The notes under the pieces are model-generated. The model worked only from the letters and a program-made list of their open reading frames with translations. It was not told the DNA's origin and ran no database searches. The translations under genes were made by a program, and so were the position numbers. DNA of 64,000 bases, taken from positions 7,894-71,893 of IMG/VR virus record IMGVR_UViG_3300032223_003183. One strand, 5' to 3'. Below are positions 48,947 to 59,252 of the stretch, one piece after another (the first letter of the stretch is position 1; the number at the start of each line of letters is the position of its first letter). The stretch comes from a virus.

Positions 48947-49558
48947 ATGCCAGCAGCATCATCACCATGGGTATCAACATTTGATAAAACAAGCCACTTA
49001 ACACAAGGATGGAGTCCTAAAATAATCTACAATTTTCAATATCCTGGAGGAGTTAGTGTAGTAGATAACGATAATGTATTTAATGCAATATCTAATTTTG
49101 GAGATAACTATAAAGGCTCTAATGTTTTTCCTGCAAACTATTTTACAGAAACAGTAGATAATGATGGAAAGTGTTTAAGGATAACAATGTATTTTTATAG
49201 AGCATTAGACGGCACTGATATAAGTATGGCAACTCAGTTATATGATTTAAACAACGAAGATTACTACGGTGTTGATCTAGACAGGAGTGTTTCAACTAGT
49301 ACAGACGGTGGTAATACCCTAGTAAAGTACGAATGCTACCTAACCCAGTACTATGCCGATAGAGATGGGCCATACGTACAAATGGTAGGAAGTATAATGT
49401 ATTCTCCATTTGGCAATGGATCAAATATGAGTATGGGATCATTTAGAGCTTCTAGATCAATGACTTACGGAGTAACAGGGCCAACAGATTTTAGAATTGT
49501 AAATACAGCTGGTACCGATATGCAAGTAGTTAGTGTTATGATAGAAGAAATAGGATAA
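48947..49558 (+). CDS. Hypothetical protein (fibre-tip associated?)
   Basis: 203 aa beta-rich ORF in the fibre cluster. Confidence 0.5.
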   Translation: MPAASSPWVSTFDKTSHLTQGWSPKIIYNFQYPGGVSVVDNDNVFNAISNFGDNYKGSNVFPANYFTETVDNDGKCLRITMYFYRALDGTDISMATQLYDLNNEDYYGVDLDRSVSTSTDGGNTLVKYECYLTQYYADRDGPYVQMVGSIMYSPFGNGSNMSMGSFRASRSMTYGVTGPTDFRIVNTAGTDMQVVSVMIEEIG

Positions 49559-49601
49559 AATTATATCTTCTTAATATTTATTATAAAATAATTACACCTA
49601 A

Positions 49602-50747
49602 ATGGCTACAATAAGTACTTCAGGAATATCCACTCAACAAATAATTCGTTCAGAACATTTATTACGTATAATAAATGCATTAAACGGAACTAACGCAAAT
49701 GATATAGTAATAGCAGGAACTCTAAATAATGGAAGTGGAAATACTGTCATAAGTGGGTCTCATGCTGAAGGATATCATGTAACAGCCTCAGGAAATTATT
49801 CACATGCAGAAGGATACCAAACTCTTTCATTAGGAGCCTACTCACATGCTGAAGGGTATTATGTAACATCCTCAGGTAATTATTCACATGCAGAAGGAGC
49901 TCTTGCATATGCTAGCGGTAATTACTCACACGCCGAAGGAGCAACTAACATAGCTATAGGAGAATCATCCCACGCTGAAGGTAAAGGAACAATATCACAA
50001 GGTGATAACTCACATGCTGAAGGAAATTCTACACTTTCTATAGGAATTGGTTCACATGCTGAAGGACAATACACTTCAGCTTCAGGATTCTCATCACATG
50101 CTGAAGGAATATTAACTTTTGCATCAGGAAATTATTCACATGCTGAAGGAAGATCTACAACCTCTTCAGGATCGTATTCACATGCTGAAGGGTATTTAAC
50201 AATAGCAGCAGGAGATATTTCCCATGCTGAAGGATATCAATCAATTGCAATAGGAGCAGCAGCACATTCTGAAGGATATTTTACAACAGCATCTGGAAAT
50301 TATTCACATGCTGAAGGTTATTATACAATAGCCTCAGGATTATACCAACATGTACAAGGACAATATAATATATCCTCTACAGCACAATCAGCTTGGATAA
50401 TAGGAAATGGTAGTTCAACCGGAAGTAGATCAAATCTTGCATTTGCTTCAGGATCACAATTTCAAGTAACCGGATCTTTACAAGTATCTGGATCAAATAC
50501 TTTAATAGGAATTAAAACTATTACAGGATCTGTTTTTATAACAGGTTCTAAAACCGTAATAGGAACAAATACTATAACTGGTTCTTTAAATGTAACAGGA
50601 TCAGTAACTATAAACAATATATTAATATTAACACCTACAAGTTCATTACCATCAGGACAACCAACAGGATCATTTGTGGTATCAGGTTCGGGTGCTAACT
50701 GTAAACCATATTTTTACAACGGTTCAACTTGGACCCCTTTATTCTAA
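49602..50747 (+). CDS. Fibre/adhesin with YadA-head-like SHAEG repeats
   Basis: About 15 tandem 14-aa repeats (G.YSHAEG..T.AS); TATTTATT at 49575. Confidence 0.75.
   Translation: MATISTSGISTQQIIRSEHLLRIINALNGTNANDIVIAGTLNNGSGNTVISGSHAEGYHVTASGNYSHAEGYQTLSLGAYSHAEGYYVTSSGNYSHAEGALAYASGNYSHAEGATNIAIGESSHAEGKGTISQGDNSHAEGNSTLSIGIGSHAEGQYTSASGFSSHAEGILTFASGNYSHAEGRSTTSSGSYSHAEGYLTIAAGDISHAEGYQSIAIGAAAHSEGYFTTASGNYSHAEGYYTIASGLYQHVQGQYNISSTAQSAWIIGNGSSTGSRSNLAFASGSQFQVTGSLQVSGSNTLIGIKTITGSVFITGSKTVIGTNTITGSLNVTGSVTINNILILTPTSSLPSGQPTGSFVVSGSGANCKPYFYNGSTWTPLF
49758..50361 (+). repeat. 42-bp period coding tandem repeat (tcacatgctgaagga core)
   Basis: 13 SHAEG units plus 2 degenerate units. Confidence 0.85.
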
Positions 50748-50768
50748 AATAAACAATAAAACAACGTT

Positions 50769-51020
50769 ATGATTAAACCAACTAAGTTACAAGACACAGA
50801 ATTACAAGAATTAAAAGATTTTCAAACTACATCAGAAAATCTAATAGCACAATTAGGTCAATTAGGTTTTAAAAAATTGCAACTTGAAAAAGAAGAACAA
50901 TTTTTAAAAAAACAATACGATCAAATTACATCTGCTGAAGTTGAATTAAGTAAAAAACTTAAAGAAACCTATGGAGATGTTTCAATCAACCTACAAACAG
51001 GTGAGATAACGTATCCCTAA
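50769..51020 (+). CDS. Small coiled-coil protein
   Basis: LIAQLGQL...LKETYGDVSINLQTGEI. Confidence 0.6.
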   Translation: MIKPTKLQDTELQELKDFQTTSENLIAQLGQLGFKKLQLEKEEQFLKKQYDQITSAEVELSKKLKETYGDVSINLQTGEITYP

Positions 51021-51090
51021 AATATAGGTTTTGAGCCTTCTTGTAATATTTATTATCAAATGATTAACATTAAAAACTAAATAAAACAAA

Positions 51091-52734
51091 ATGGCTGAAA
51101 CTTTATTATCTCCAGGCGTTCTAACTAGAGAAAATGACCAATCCCAAATTACACAAGGCCCTATTACTGCGGGAGCAGCTATTATAGGACCAACTGTATT
51201 AGGTCCTGTTAGAATTCCAACTTTAGTTACTTCTTATAGTGACTATTTAAATAAATTCGGTGGTTCTTTCATTAGTGGAGGAGCTTCTTATGAGTACTTG
51301 ACCTCAATCTCTGCTTACAATTATTTCCAACAAGGTGGAACTACTTTATTAGTAACTAGAGCAGTAAGTGGTACATTTGCTCCTGCAACTTCTAGCATAC
51401 TTTCATCAGGTTCTGCAACTTGCTTTACACTTCAAACCTTAGCTCAAGGAGTTATAATGAACAGTACAGGTTCAGAAACTTCTAGTTCATTAGCTAGTGG
51501 TTCTTCAACCAATATTAGATGGGAAGTTGTAAACTCAAATACAAGTAGTGGTACATTTGATTTAGTAATCAGAAGAGGAAATGATAATGCTAATTCTAAA
51601 GTAATTTTAGAACAATGGTTAGGATTATCTTTAGATCCAAACTCTCCAAAATTCATCTCAGCTGTAATTGGTAACCAAACAGTTACTACTGATAACGGAT
51701 ATACTCAAATTTCAGGAGATTATACTAATAAATCAAGATACGTAATAGTAAGTTCAGTTTCTCAAACAACTCCAAATTATTTGGATAATAATAGCTTGCC
51801 AGTTTCTGCTTATACATCTTCTATCCCTGTAGTAGCTAGTGGATCATTTGGTGGTGGTGCTGGAATCAACTGCGCTGTTTATGGTTTATCAAACGATAAC
51901 TATACTTCATCAATTTCTTTATTAAACAATAAAGACGAATTTAAATTTAATATAATCACAACTCCAGGTGTAACAGCTACAGCAGGAAACGCAGTTATTA
52001 CTTCATTAACAAACTTAGCAGTTAATAGAGGTGATTGTATTGCAATTGTTGATATGTCTGCTCTTGGAGATAGTGTAAACACTGTAATATCTAATGCTAC
52101 TACAATTGATAGTTCATATGCTGCAACTTATTACCCATGGGTTCAAATTAGCGCTCCTAATACAGGAAAATTAACATGGGTTCCACCATCAACAATTATG
52201 CCAAGTGTTTACGCTTATAACGATAGAGTAGGTGCTCCATGGTTTGCTCCTGCAGGATTTACAAGAGGTGGATTAAGTGTAATTCAAGCTGAAAGAAAAT
52301 TAGCTCCATCTGATAGAGATGCATTATACGCTGGTAAAGTTAACTCATTAGCTACATTCCCTGGTCAAGGTGTTGTTGCTTATGGACAAAAAACATTACA
52401 GAAAAAAGCATCTGCTTTAGATAGAGTAAATGTAAGAAGATTATTGATTGAATTAAAATCATATATTGGTCAAGTTGGTAACGGATTAGTTTTTGAACAA
52501 AATACAACCGCTACAAGAAACAGATTCTTAAGACAAGTAAACCCATATTTAGAATCAGTTCAACAAAGACAAGGTTTATACTCTTATAAAGTAGTAATGG
52601 ATGAAACAAATAACACTGCTGATGTAATTGATAGAAATCAATTATTAGGTCAAATTTGGCTTCAACCAACTAAAACTGCTGAGTTCATTATATTAGACTT
52701 TAATGTTACACCAACAGGTGCTACTTTCGCATAA
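51091..52734 (+). CDS. Tail sheath protein (T4 gp18-like)
   Basis: LSPGVLTRE.D; YFQQGG; PWFAPAGFTRG; GQKTL; RVNVRRLL; FEQN; PTKTAEFI; TATTTATT at 51047. Confidence 0.95.
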   Translation: MAETLLSPGVLTRENDQSQITQGPITAGAAIIGPTVLGPVRIPTLVTSYSDYLNKFGGSFISGGASYEYLTSISAYNYFQQGGTTLLVTRAVSGTFAPATSSILSSGSATCFTLQTLAQGVIMNSTGSETSSSLASGSSTNIRWEVVNSNTSSGTFDLVIRRGNDNANSKVILEQWLGLSLDPNSPKFISAVIGNQTVTTDNGYTQISGDYTNKSRYVIVSSVSQTTPNYLDNNSLPVSAYTSSIPVVASGSFGGGAGINCAVYGLSNDNYTSSISLLNNKDEFKFNIITTPGVTATAGNAVITSLTNLAVNRGDCIAIVDMSALGDSVNTVISNATTIDSSYAATYYPWVQISAPNTGKLTWVPPSTIMPSVYAYNDRVGAPWFAPAGFTRGGLSVIQAERKLAPSDRDALYAGKVNSLATFPGQGVVAYGQKTLQKKASALDRVNVRRLLIELKSYIGQVGNGLVFEQNTTATRNRFLRQVNPYLESVQQRQGLYSYKVVMDETNNTADVIDRNQLLGQIWLQPTKTAEFIILDFNVTPTGATFA

Positions 52735-52749
52735 AGATAATTAGGAATT

Positions 52750-52775
52750 GAAGCCCTAAATAAAAGGGCTTCTTT
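52750..52775 (+). terminator. Intrinsic terminator-like hairpin
   Basis: GAAGCCCT-loop-AGGGCTTC-TTT, followed by TATTTATC at 52782. Confidence 0.65.
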
Positions 52776-52827
52776 CCCTAATATTTATCATAAACAGATA
52801 ATAATAAAATAATACACAAAATATAAC

Positions 52828-53316
52828 ATGGCAGTATTAAACCCAAACGAAATAATGTTCACTGCATTTGAACCTAAAGTAGCAAATAGATTCATAATGT
52901 ACATTGAAGGAATCCCAGCTTACATGGTTAAAAAAGCTTCAGCTCCAGGATTTGATGCAGGTGAAATCGTACTAGATCACATTAACGTTTACCGTAAAAT
53001 TAAAGGTAAAGTAAAATGGAATGATATGACACTAGCATTGTATGATCCAATTGCTCCTGCAGGATCTCAAGCAGTAATGGAATGGATGCGTTTATCTCAC
53101 GAATCTGTAACAGGTAGAGATGGATACTCAGATTTCTATAAAAAAGATATTACAATGAACATTCTAGGTCCAGTAGGTGACGTAGTTGGTGAATGGATTA
53201 TAAAAGGTGCATTCATTAAATCATCAACATTTGGAGACTATGATTGGTCACAAGGTGAATCAGCAGCTGAAATCGGTATGACTTTAGCAATGGATTATTG
53301 CATCTTGAACTTCTAA
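52828..53316 (+). CDS. Tail tube protein (T4 gp19-like)
   Basis: EPKVANRF; KVKWNDMT..YD; WM; YKKDI; W.IKGAF; follows the sheath gene. Confidence 0.9.
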   Translation: MAVLNPNEIMFTAFEPKVANRFIMYIEGIPAYMVKKASAPGFDAGEIVLDHINVYRKIKGKVKWNDMTLALYDPIAPAGSQAVMEWMRLSHESVTGRDGYSDFYKKDITMNILGPVGDVVGEWIIKGAFIKSSTFGDYDWSQGESAAEIGMTLAMDYCILNF

Positions 53317-53337
53317 TACAAGTTTAAAAATAATAAA

Positions 53338-53367
53338 AAAGAACCCACCATTTTGGTGGGTTTCTTT
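53338..53367 (+). terminator. Intrinsic terminator
   Basis: GAACCCACCA-TTT-TGGTGGGTTTC-TTT; TATTTATA follows at 53378. Confidence 0.8.
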
Positions 53368-53405
53368 ATTTTTACTATATTTATATATAAACACAAATAA
53401 AATTT

Positions 53406-54152
53406 ATGGACAATCAAGTTACAAAACCAAAATTTCCTACGGAAATTGTAGAATTACCCTCAAAAGGTTTACTTTACCCAAAAGACAATCCTCTTTCAAG
53501 CGGTCAAATTGAAATGAAATATATGACAGCTAGAGAAGAAGATATCTTAACTAACTCTAATTATATCCAATCAGGAGTAGTATTAGATAAATTATTGGAA
53601 TCATTAATTGTTTCTAAAATAGATCTAAAAGATATGATAATTGGAGATAAAAATGCTATTTTAATTGCTTCTCGTATTTTAGGATATGGTCAAGATTATG
53701 AATTTGAAGTTAATGGTAAACAATATAAAGTAGATTTAACTACTTTAAAAGATAAAGAATTACCAGAAGATGTAGACTATACTAAAGGTAATGAATTTTA
53801 CTACACTTTACCTGCTTCAGGAGTTGAAGTTGGATTTAAAATCTTAACTCATGGTGATGAAGCTGCTGTTGAAGCTGAATTAAAAGGATTAAAAAAATTA
53901 TATCCAAACGGTGGTTTACCTGAAGTCTCAACTCGTTTAAAATATTCCATAATTTCAGTAGGAGGAAATACTGATAGAAAAGTTATTAGAGAATTTATTG
54001 ATAATGAATTATTAGCAAGAGATGCAAGATCATTACGTCAAGAAGTAAAACGTATCGCTCCAGATGTAGATTTAATTACAAAAGATGATGAAGGGGAGGA
54101 CATCGCTATACCCATTAGCCTTAACTTTTTTTGGCCTGACTTCAACCTATAG
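53406..54152 (+). CDS. Baseplate hub assembly / tail assembly chaperone (T4 gp26-like)
   Basis: VELPSKG..Y; MTAREEDIL; GDKNAILIASRI.GYG; ends FFWPD; lies between tube and tape measure. Confidence 0.75.
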   Translation: MDNQVTKPKFPTEIVELPSKGLLYPKDNPLSSGQIEMKYMTAREEDILTNSNYIQSGVVLDKLLESLIVSKIDLKDMIIGDKNAILIASRILGYGQDYEFEVNGKQYKVDLTTLKDKELPEDVDYTKGNEFYYTLPASGVEVGFKILTHGDEAAVEAELKGLKKLYPNGGLPEVSTRLKYSIISVGGNTDRKVIREFIDNELLARDARSLRQEVKRIAPDVDLITKDDEGEDIAIPISLNFFWPDFNL

Positions 54153-54405
54153 ATTAAATTTATTTGCCCAAATACATGAGATAGTATTTCATGGTAAGGG
54201 GGGATATGATTGGAATACTATTTATGAAATGCCTATTTGGCTTAGAATATTTACTTTTAATAAATTAAAAGAATGGTATGATAAAGAACAGGAACAAGCT
54301 GATGCCCAAAACAATCAATTAACTAATAAAAATGCTGCTCAAATAGCTAGACCTAACATACCCCAAGCAAATTCATATAACGCTAAAGTGCCTACTAAAA
54401 AGTAG
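54127..54405 (+). CDS. Tail assembly chaperone extension, probably expressed by frameshift from 53406
   Basis: +1 frame reads FFGLTSTYRLNLFAQIHEIVFHGKGGYDWNTIYEMPIWLR; overlaps the upstream gene at a T7 run. Confidence 0.65.
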   Translation, partial: FFGLTSTYRLNLFAQIHEIVFHGKGGYDWNTIYEMPIWLRIFTFNKLKEWYDKEQEQADAQNNQLTNKNAAQIARPNIPQANSYNAKVPTKK

Positions 54406-54414
54406 GCATTTTTT
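54386..54414 (+). terminator. Intrinsic terminator
   Basis: TGCCTACT-AAAA-AGTAGGCA-TTTTTT; TATTTATA follows at 54425. Confidence 0.75.
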
Positions 54415-54449
54415 GTCTCTTACATATTTATATTATATACTAAGATAAT

Positions 54450-56681
54450 ATGGCAGCCCCAGATCCTAAAGATTTACCAAAATACAGAAAAGACCTAGAA
54501 GATATAGCTAAATATACTGAAGAAGCCTTTCGTACAGTTGCCGATAATGTATCTCAAACCTTTAAAGACGCTTTAGCCCAAGGGCAATCAGTATCCAAAT
54601 CTTTTGGAAATGATATAAAAAACAATATGAATTCATTAGCTCGTATAGCTACTGATAATATTGCTAATCAAGAAAAACTTAAAAAAGGTTTATTAACCCA
54701 ACAAAGTATTCAAAAACAAATTGAAACTCGTGAAGCTAAAATTTTAGCTATACAAAATAGTATAGAAGCTTCTAAATTAGCTGGAATAAAAATAAGTAAA
54801 CAACTTTTAGAAGATTTAGAAAGATCTAAAGATTTAAATGAAATTTACATAGGTCAATTAAAGCAACAACAAAAATTAGTTAAAGATACTGAAGATTCCG
54901 TAAATAAACAATTAGGTATATTTCCTAAATTGTTAGGTGGTTTAGATGCTGCTATGAAAAAATTGGGTCTTCCAAACTTTGGATTTGATGATGCCCTAAA
55001 GAAAACCCAAGCTATGGGTCAGGCCGCTAAAGCTAATGGGGAAGAATTTAATGCTACTAAAGCTTATATAGGTAATATTAAAGATAATTTAAAAGAATCT
55101 TTTAGTTCTGCTAATTTACTACAAACTGCTTTTGTAATAGCAGCAAAAACCTTCTTAGATTTAGATGATTCTATAGGTACTACTGCTAAACAATTAGGAG
55201 TTTCTTATAATACTGCTGCCGGACTAAGTCAAGAATTTAATAATATTGCCAATTCCACAGGAAATATATTTGTTACCACAAAAGGTATAAATGAATCCTT
55301 TAACCAAATTAATGCTGCTTTAGGTACTAATGGTAAAATTAATAGTGAAATTTTAGTTACCCAAACCGAATTAGTAAAACAAGCAGGTTATAGTGTTGAA
55401 GCAGCTACAGCTATTTCTAAATTATCATTAGCTACAGGTAAACCTGCTAAAGAAATAACAACTCAATTTTTAGGTCAAGCTAAAGCATTAAATTTAGTTA
55501 ATGGTACTGCTATTAATGAAAAACAATTATTAGAAGAAGTATCTAAAACCTCAAAAGCTATCTTAATCACATTTGCTGATCAACCTGGAGCATTAGCTGC
55601 AGCAGCCTATGAAGTTAAAAAATTAGGTTTATCTTTAGATCAAATAAAAGGAATTCAAGATAGTTTATTAAACGTTGAGTCTTCTATTTCTAATGAATTT
55701 GAAGCTGAAGTATTAACTGGTAAACAATTAAACCTAGAAAGAGCAAGATACTACGCTTTAACTAATAATATTACAGGTTTAGCTAAAGAATTAGGAAACC
55801 AAGGTATTACTCAGGCTAAATTTGCTGGAATGAACGTTATCCAACAAGAAGCTGTAGCTAAAGCAATGGGTATGTCTAGAGATCAAATGGCTGAAATGTT
55901 AATGAACCAAACAGCTATTAATAAAATAACTGGGGTTGAAGGAGCTACTGCTAAAGAAAGATATAATAATGCTGTTAAAAAATATGGAGTAGAAAAAGCA
56001 AATGCCATGTTAGGAGACGAAACATTAGCAAACCAACTCCAATCAGCTTCTATGCAAGATAGATTTAATGCTTCTATTGAAAAATTAAAAGATTTATTTG
56101 TAGGTTTAATAGAACCATTAATGCCTGTATTAGATATGTTTACTAACATATTAGGTGTAGTAGGAATGATATCTCAAGCTTTTCAAACTATTTTTAATTT
56201 CTTTGGTGGGATAGGAGAGAGTATATCTAAAATGATGGGACCTTTAGGAACCGTTGGAAAACTTATAAAAGATTTAGCTTATGCTGGGATTATTTGGGCT
56301 GCTTATTCAGCATATGCTAGTTTAGCAACTATACCAGTTGCAGGGGTAGCATTAGGTGCTGTAGCTGCTGCAGGTATTACAGCAGCAGGTTTTGGACTTT
56401 TAGGTTCAATTAAAGATGGTGTTATCGACCCTAAAAAAGGTCCAATAGTATCTGGTGAATTTGGATCAGTTCAACTACATCCAAACGATCAAATTGTAGC
56501 AGGTACTAACCTAATGCCTAATGGAGGAGCATCAAGATCCTCATCAGGAGTAGATTATGAAAGATTAGGAGCTCATATAGCTAATGCAGTATCTAAAGTT
56601 CAAGTTCAAACTAATTTAGATGGAGTAGCAGTATCAAGAGGATTACAAGCACCAATGGGTCAAACTACACGTAAAATATAA
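54450..56681 (+). CDS. Tape measure protein
   Basis: 743 aa, Ala/Gln-rich helical with hydrophobic Gly-rich segments near the C-terminus; position after tube and chaperone. Confidence 0.8.
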   Translation: MAAPDPKDLPKYRKDLEDIAKYTEEAFRTVADNVSQTFKDALAQGQSVSKSFGNDIKNNMNSLARIATDNIANQEKLKKGLLTQQSIQKQIETREAKILAIQNSIEASKLAGIKISKQLLEDLERSKDLNEIYIGQLKQQQKLVKDTEDSVNKQLGIFPKLLGGLDAAMKKLGLPNFGFDDALKKTQAMGQAAKANGEEFNATKAYIGNIKDNLKESFSSANLLQTAFVIAAKTFLDLDDSIGTTAKQLGVSYNTAAGLSQEFNNIANSTGNIFVTTKGINESFNQINAALGTNGKINSEILVTQTELVKQAGYSVEAATAISKLSLATGKPAKEITTQFLGQAKALNLVNGTAINEKQLLEEVSKTSKAILITFADQPGALAAAAYEVKKLGLSLDQIKGIQDSLLNVESSISNEFEAEVLTGKQLNLERARYYALTNNITGLAKELGNQGITQAKFAGMNVIQQEAVAKAMGMSRDQMAEMLMNQTAINKITGVEGATAKERYNNAVKKYGVEKANAMLGDETLANQLQSASMQDRFNASIEKLKDLFVGLIEPLMPVLDMFTNILGVVGMISQAFQTIFNFFGGIGESISKMMGPLGTVGKLIKDLAYAGIIWAAYSAYASLATIPVAGVALGAVAAAGITAAGFGLLGSIKDGVIDPKKGPIVSGEFGSVQLHPNDQIVAGTNLMPNGGASRSSSGVDYERLGAHIANAVSKVQVQTNLDGVAVSRGLQAPMGQTTRKI

Positions 56682-56721
56682 TTTTATAATATTTATTATA
56701 AACAAATAAAACACAATAACA

Positions 56722-57009
56722 ATGGGATTACTAACATTATTAAACACAGGAGTAAGTCATTTAGGATATAATGGAACAATAGTTCCTTCCACAGTAAACT
56801 CTAACCCTCCAGGGTTTACTCGTCATAATTTATTCTCTACTAATGGTCAACCAAACCAAGCACCTCATATTATAGTAGGAGGAGTATCAGGTTTACAAGC
56901 ACCACCAAGAACTTATATTCCTTCAACATTAGAAGAAACAGATCCATTAAATACTAGCCACTATAATAGTGCTGCTGGAAATCATTATATGGATCACTTA
57001 CCAGGATAA
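56722..57009 (+). CDS. Hypothetical protein
   Basis: 95 aa; TATTTATT at 56690. Confidence 0.55.
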   Translation: MGLLTLLNTGVSHLGYNGTIVPSTVNSNPPGFTRHNLFSTNGQPNQAPHIIVGGVSGLQAPPRTYIPSTLEETDPLNTSHYNSAAGNHYMDHLPG

Positions 57010-57019
57010 AAATAAATAA

Positions 57020-59194
57020 ATGGGATTAATTAATCTTAAAACCAGTCTAAAGTCTCTTACATTTGGGCATGATGTGCAAGGTGGAGGCTCTAGCGGTTTA
57101 CCCTATATCAAAGCAGGCTTACCTGAGGATTCACCCGCAGGTGAGTATCTTGCTGGTATAGAAAGAACTAGCGCAGATTGGCCATTAAGAGGTGGAGCAT
57201 ACTCAACTATAGCATCTACAACAGATACTGTAAGGATTTCCCGTTTTTTAACTGATTTTCCACGTGGTTCAATTTTTACTGCTAAGCAAGTAGGATTACA
57301 AAAATCTAATCCTAATATTGAAACAGGAGGACTTACCTCAAGATTAAATACCCAAACATATAATTTAAATGCTAATTTATTAGCACAAGTTTTATTAGAA
57401 GGAGATGGTACTCATATTCCTAGAGCAGGAGCTAATACAAATGAATTAGGACCTGAAGGGCAAAAGAATAAATACGAGTATATTGTATCACATAAAGATA
57501 CTAATCAAAACCGTTTAGTAGCATTATATGGTACTAAAATTCAACAAGACTCAACTGGAATAGTTGTTAATAGTGCTTTATCAAAATTAGGAATACCTGA
57601 TGATGAAAACACATTATTTGATTACCCAGGTGGACCTGATTCATTATATGGAGATGGAAATACTTTTATTTCAAGAGTAGTAAATACAAACTCAGCTTTA
57701 AATACTCCTGATAAAGGAGAAATTAATTATTTAGATACTTTAGGAGTAACAGATTATATTAAAGTTAATAAAATTGCAGGATTAAGTGGTGGGGTTTATA
57801 AACCTAAAAAAAATCCATTTTCCTCTACAGCTCAAACTTTCCCACCTGCTAATTTTAATACAACTAACAACGCATTTTCTAAAACTGATCCATTTAAAGC
57901 TAATGTACCAGGAATAACTCCTGTCCCACTACCTGCAGCTCAAATATTCAGTACTACTGAGAATATTGATTTCTCACATGATGCTTTTAGTATAAGACCT
58001 AAAAGTTTATACCAACAATCTTCACCAGATTATATAAGACCTGATAAAGTACCTGAAGATATGCCTACTACTAATCAGTTTGGCAATTTAATGGGGTATA
58101 ATGCATTATTAGCTTCCAAAACCACTTCTGGTCCTGTAACTACCCAAAAAGAAATACAAGATTTTAGATCTCAATCATTAGATCCAAATAATCCCACCCG
58201 TTTTCAAGCACGTAATTATAATAATCCTTTAATTAATATAGAAACTAGAGTTGGTATAGGTAATCCTGGTGGTAGAAAGCCAGAACAGATGAAATACATA
58301 AATCAAGTAAATTATAAGGGTCAAGATCAAGTAAATATGATACCTTTATACTCTGATGCTGAAGATCCATTTAATAATAAACCTGAAGCTAGAGATTTAA
58401 TTAAATTTGCTTTTGAAGTAATAAGTAATGATAGTACGGGTACTGGTAAACAAAGACAAACAAATGGAGAGGTTATTGATGTAGCAGATGCTATTACAAC
58501 AAAAGTACACTTTAGAGCATTTTTAACAGACTTTTCAGATAATCACGGGGCCGAATGGAGTGGGCAAAAATACATGGGTAGAGGTGAAAATTTTTACTCA
58601 TATCAAGGCTTTACTAGAGAGGTAAGTTTTCAATTTAAAGTAGCAGCTCAATCTAAACAGGAAATGTTACCTTTATGGCAAAAGTTAAATTATATAGTAT
58701 CTTCATTATATCCTGATTATCAAGAAGGTACTAGTTTCATGAGAGGTAATTTACATAGATTAACTATAGGAGAATATTTCTATAGAACTCCTGGTATAAT
58801 AAAGTCAATGAACATAAGTGTTGACACTGATTACCCTTGGGAAATAAAATACTCAGAACCTGAAACACAAAGATCATTTACAACTAAAGATTTCCCTAAT
58901 AACACATCTAAAGGAAGTACAGCTTTCGAAAACTCAAATTCAGATGCAGATATGATGGAATTACCACAAGTAATTAACGTAACATGTACCTTTACTCCTA
59001 TACTTAATGAATTACCTCAATTATCTAAATTAACTAAAACAGGTGGAGGTAAACATATATTAATTAGTAATCATGGTTTACAAGAAAACTTTATAAATAG
59101 GATAGAAAACATAGAAAATTCAGCCCCAGAATGGAATAAATCTAAAGGAACTTTCAACCCCGTTACTTTTAATGTTAATGCCCCAAATACATAA
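57020..59194 (+). CDS. Baseplate/tail tube initiator-like protein
   Basis: C-terminal FRAFLTDFSD...W...YMGRGE.FY.Y.GFTR.VSF.F...RLTIG...PG.I.S resembles tube-initiator (gp48/gp54-like) domains. Confidence 0.55.
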   Translation: MGLINLKTSLKSLTFGHDVQGGGSSGLPYIKAGLPEDSPAGEYLAGIERTSADWPLRGGAYSTIASTTDTVRISRFLTDFPRGSIFTAKQVGLQKSNPNIETGGLTSRLNTQTYNLNANLLAQVLLEGDGTHIPRAGANTNELGPEGQKNKYEYIVSHKDTNQNRLVALYGTKIQQDSTGIVVNSALSKLGIPDDENTLFDYPGGPDSLYGDGNTFISRVVNTNSALNTPDKGEINYLDTLGVTDYIKVNKIAGLSGGVYKPKKNPFSSTAQTFPPANFNTTNNAFSKTDPFKANVPGITPVPLPAAQIFSTTENIDFSHDAFSIRPKSLYQQSSPDYIRPDKVPEDMPTTNQFGNLMGYNALLASKTTSGPVTTQKEIQDFRSQSLDPNNPTRFQARNYNNPLINIETRVGIGNPGGRKPEQMKYINQVNYKGQDQVNMIPLYSDAEDPFNNKPEARDLIKFAFEVISNDSTGTGKQRQTNGEVIDVADAITTKVHFRAFLTDFSDNHGAEWSGQKYMGRGENFYSYQGFTREVSFQFKVAAQSKQEMLPLWQKLNYIVSSLYPDYQEGTSFMRGNLHRLTIGEYFYRTPGIIKSMNISVDTDYPWEIKYSEPETQRSFTTKDFPNNTSKGSTAFENSNSDADMMELPQVINVTCTFTPILNELPQLSKLTKTGGGKHILISNHGLQENFINRIENIENSAPEWNKSKGTFNPVTFNVNAPNT

Positions 59195-59199
59195 AAATT

Positions 59200-59222
59200 A
59201 GGCTCCATTAGGAGCCTTTTTT
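59200..59222 (+). terminator. Intrinsic terminator
   Basis: AGGCTCC-ATTA-GGAGCCT-TTTTT; TATTTATA follows at 59231. Confidence 0.8.
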
Positions 59223-59252
59223 ATCTTACATATTTATATTAAAATATAAAAT

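Noticed and set aside
49758-50361. CRISPR-like array (regular 42-bp period)
   Set aside because: The repeats are in-frame and degenerate at synonymous positions, encoding SHAEG adhesin repeats; no cas genes.
4992-59238. Antisense T4-type TATAAATA promoters on the minus strand
   Set aside because: The motif is positioned relative to + strand starts and downstream of + strand terminators, and the last base varies; a sense-strand role is more parsimonious.
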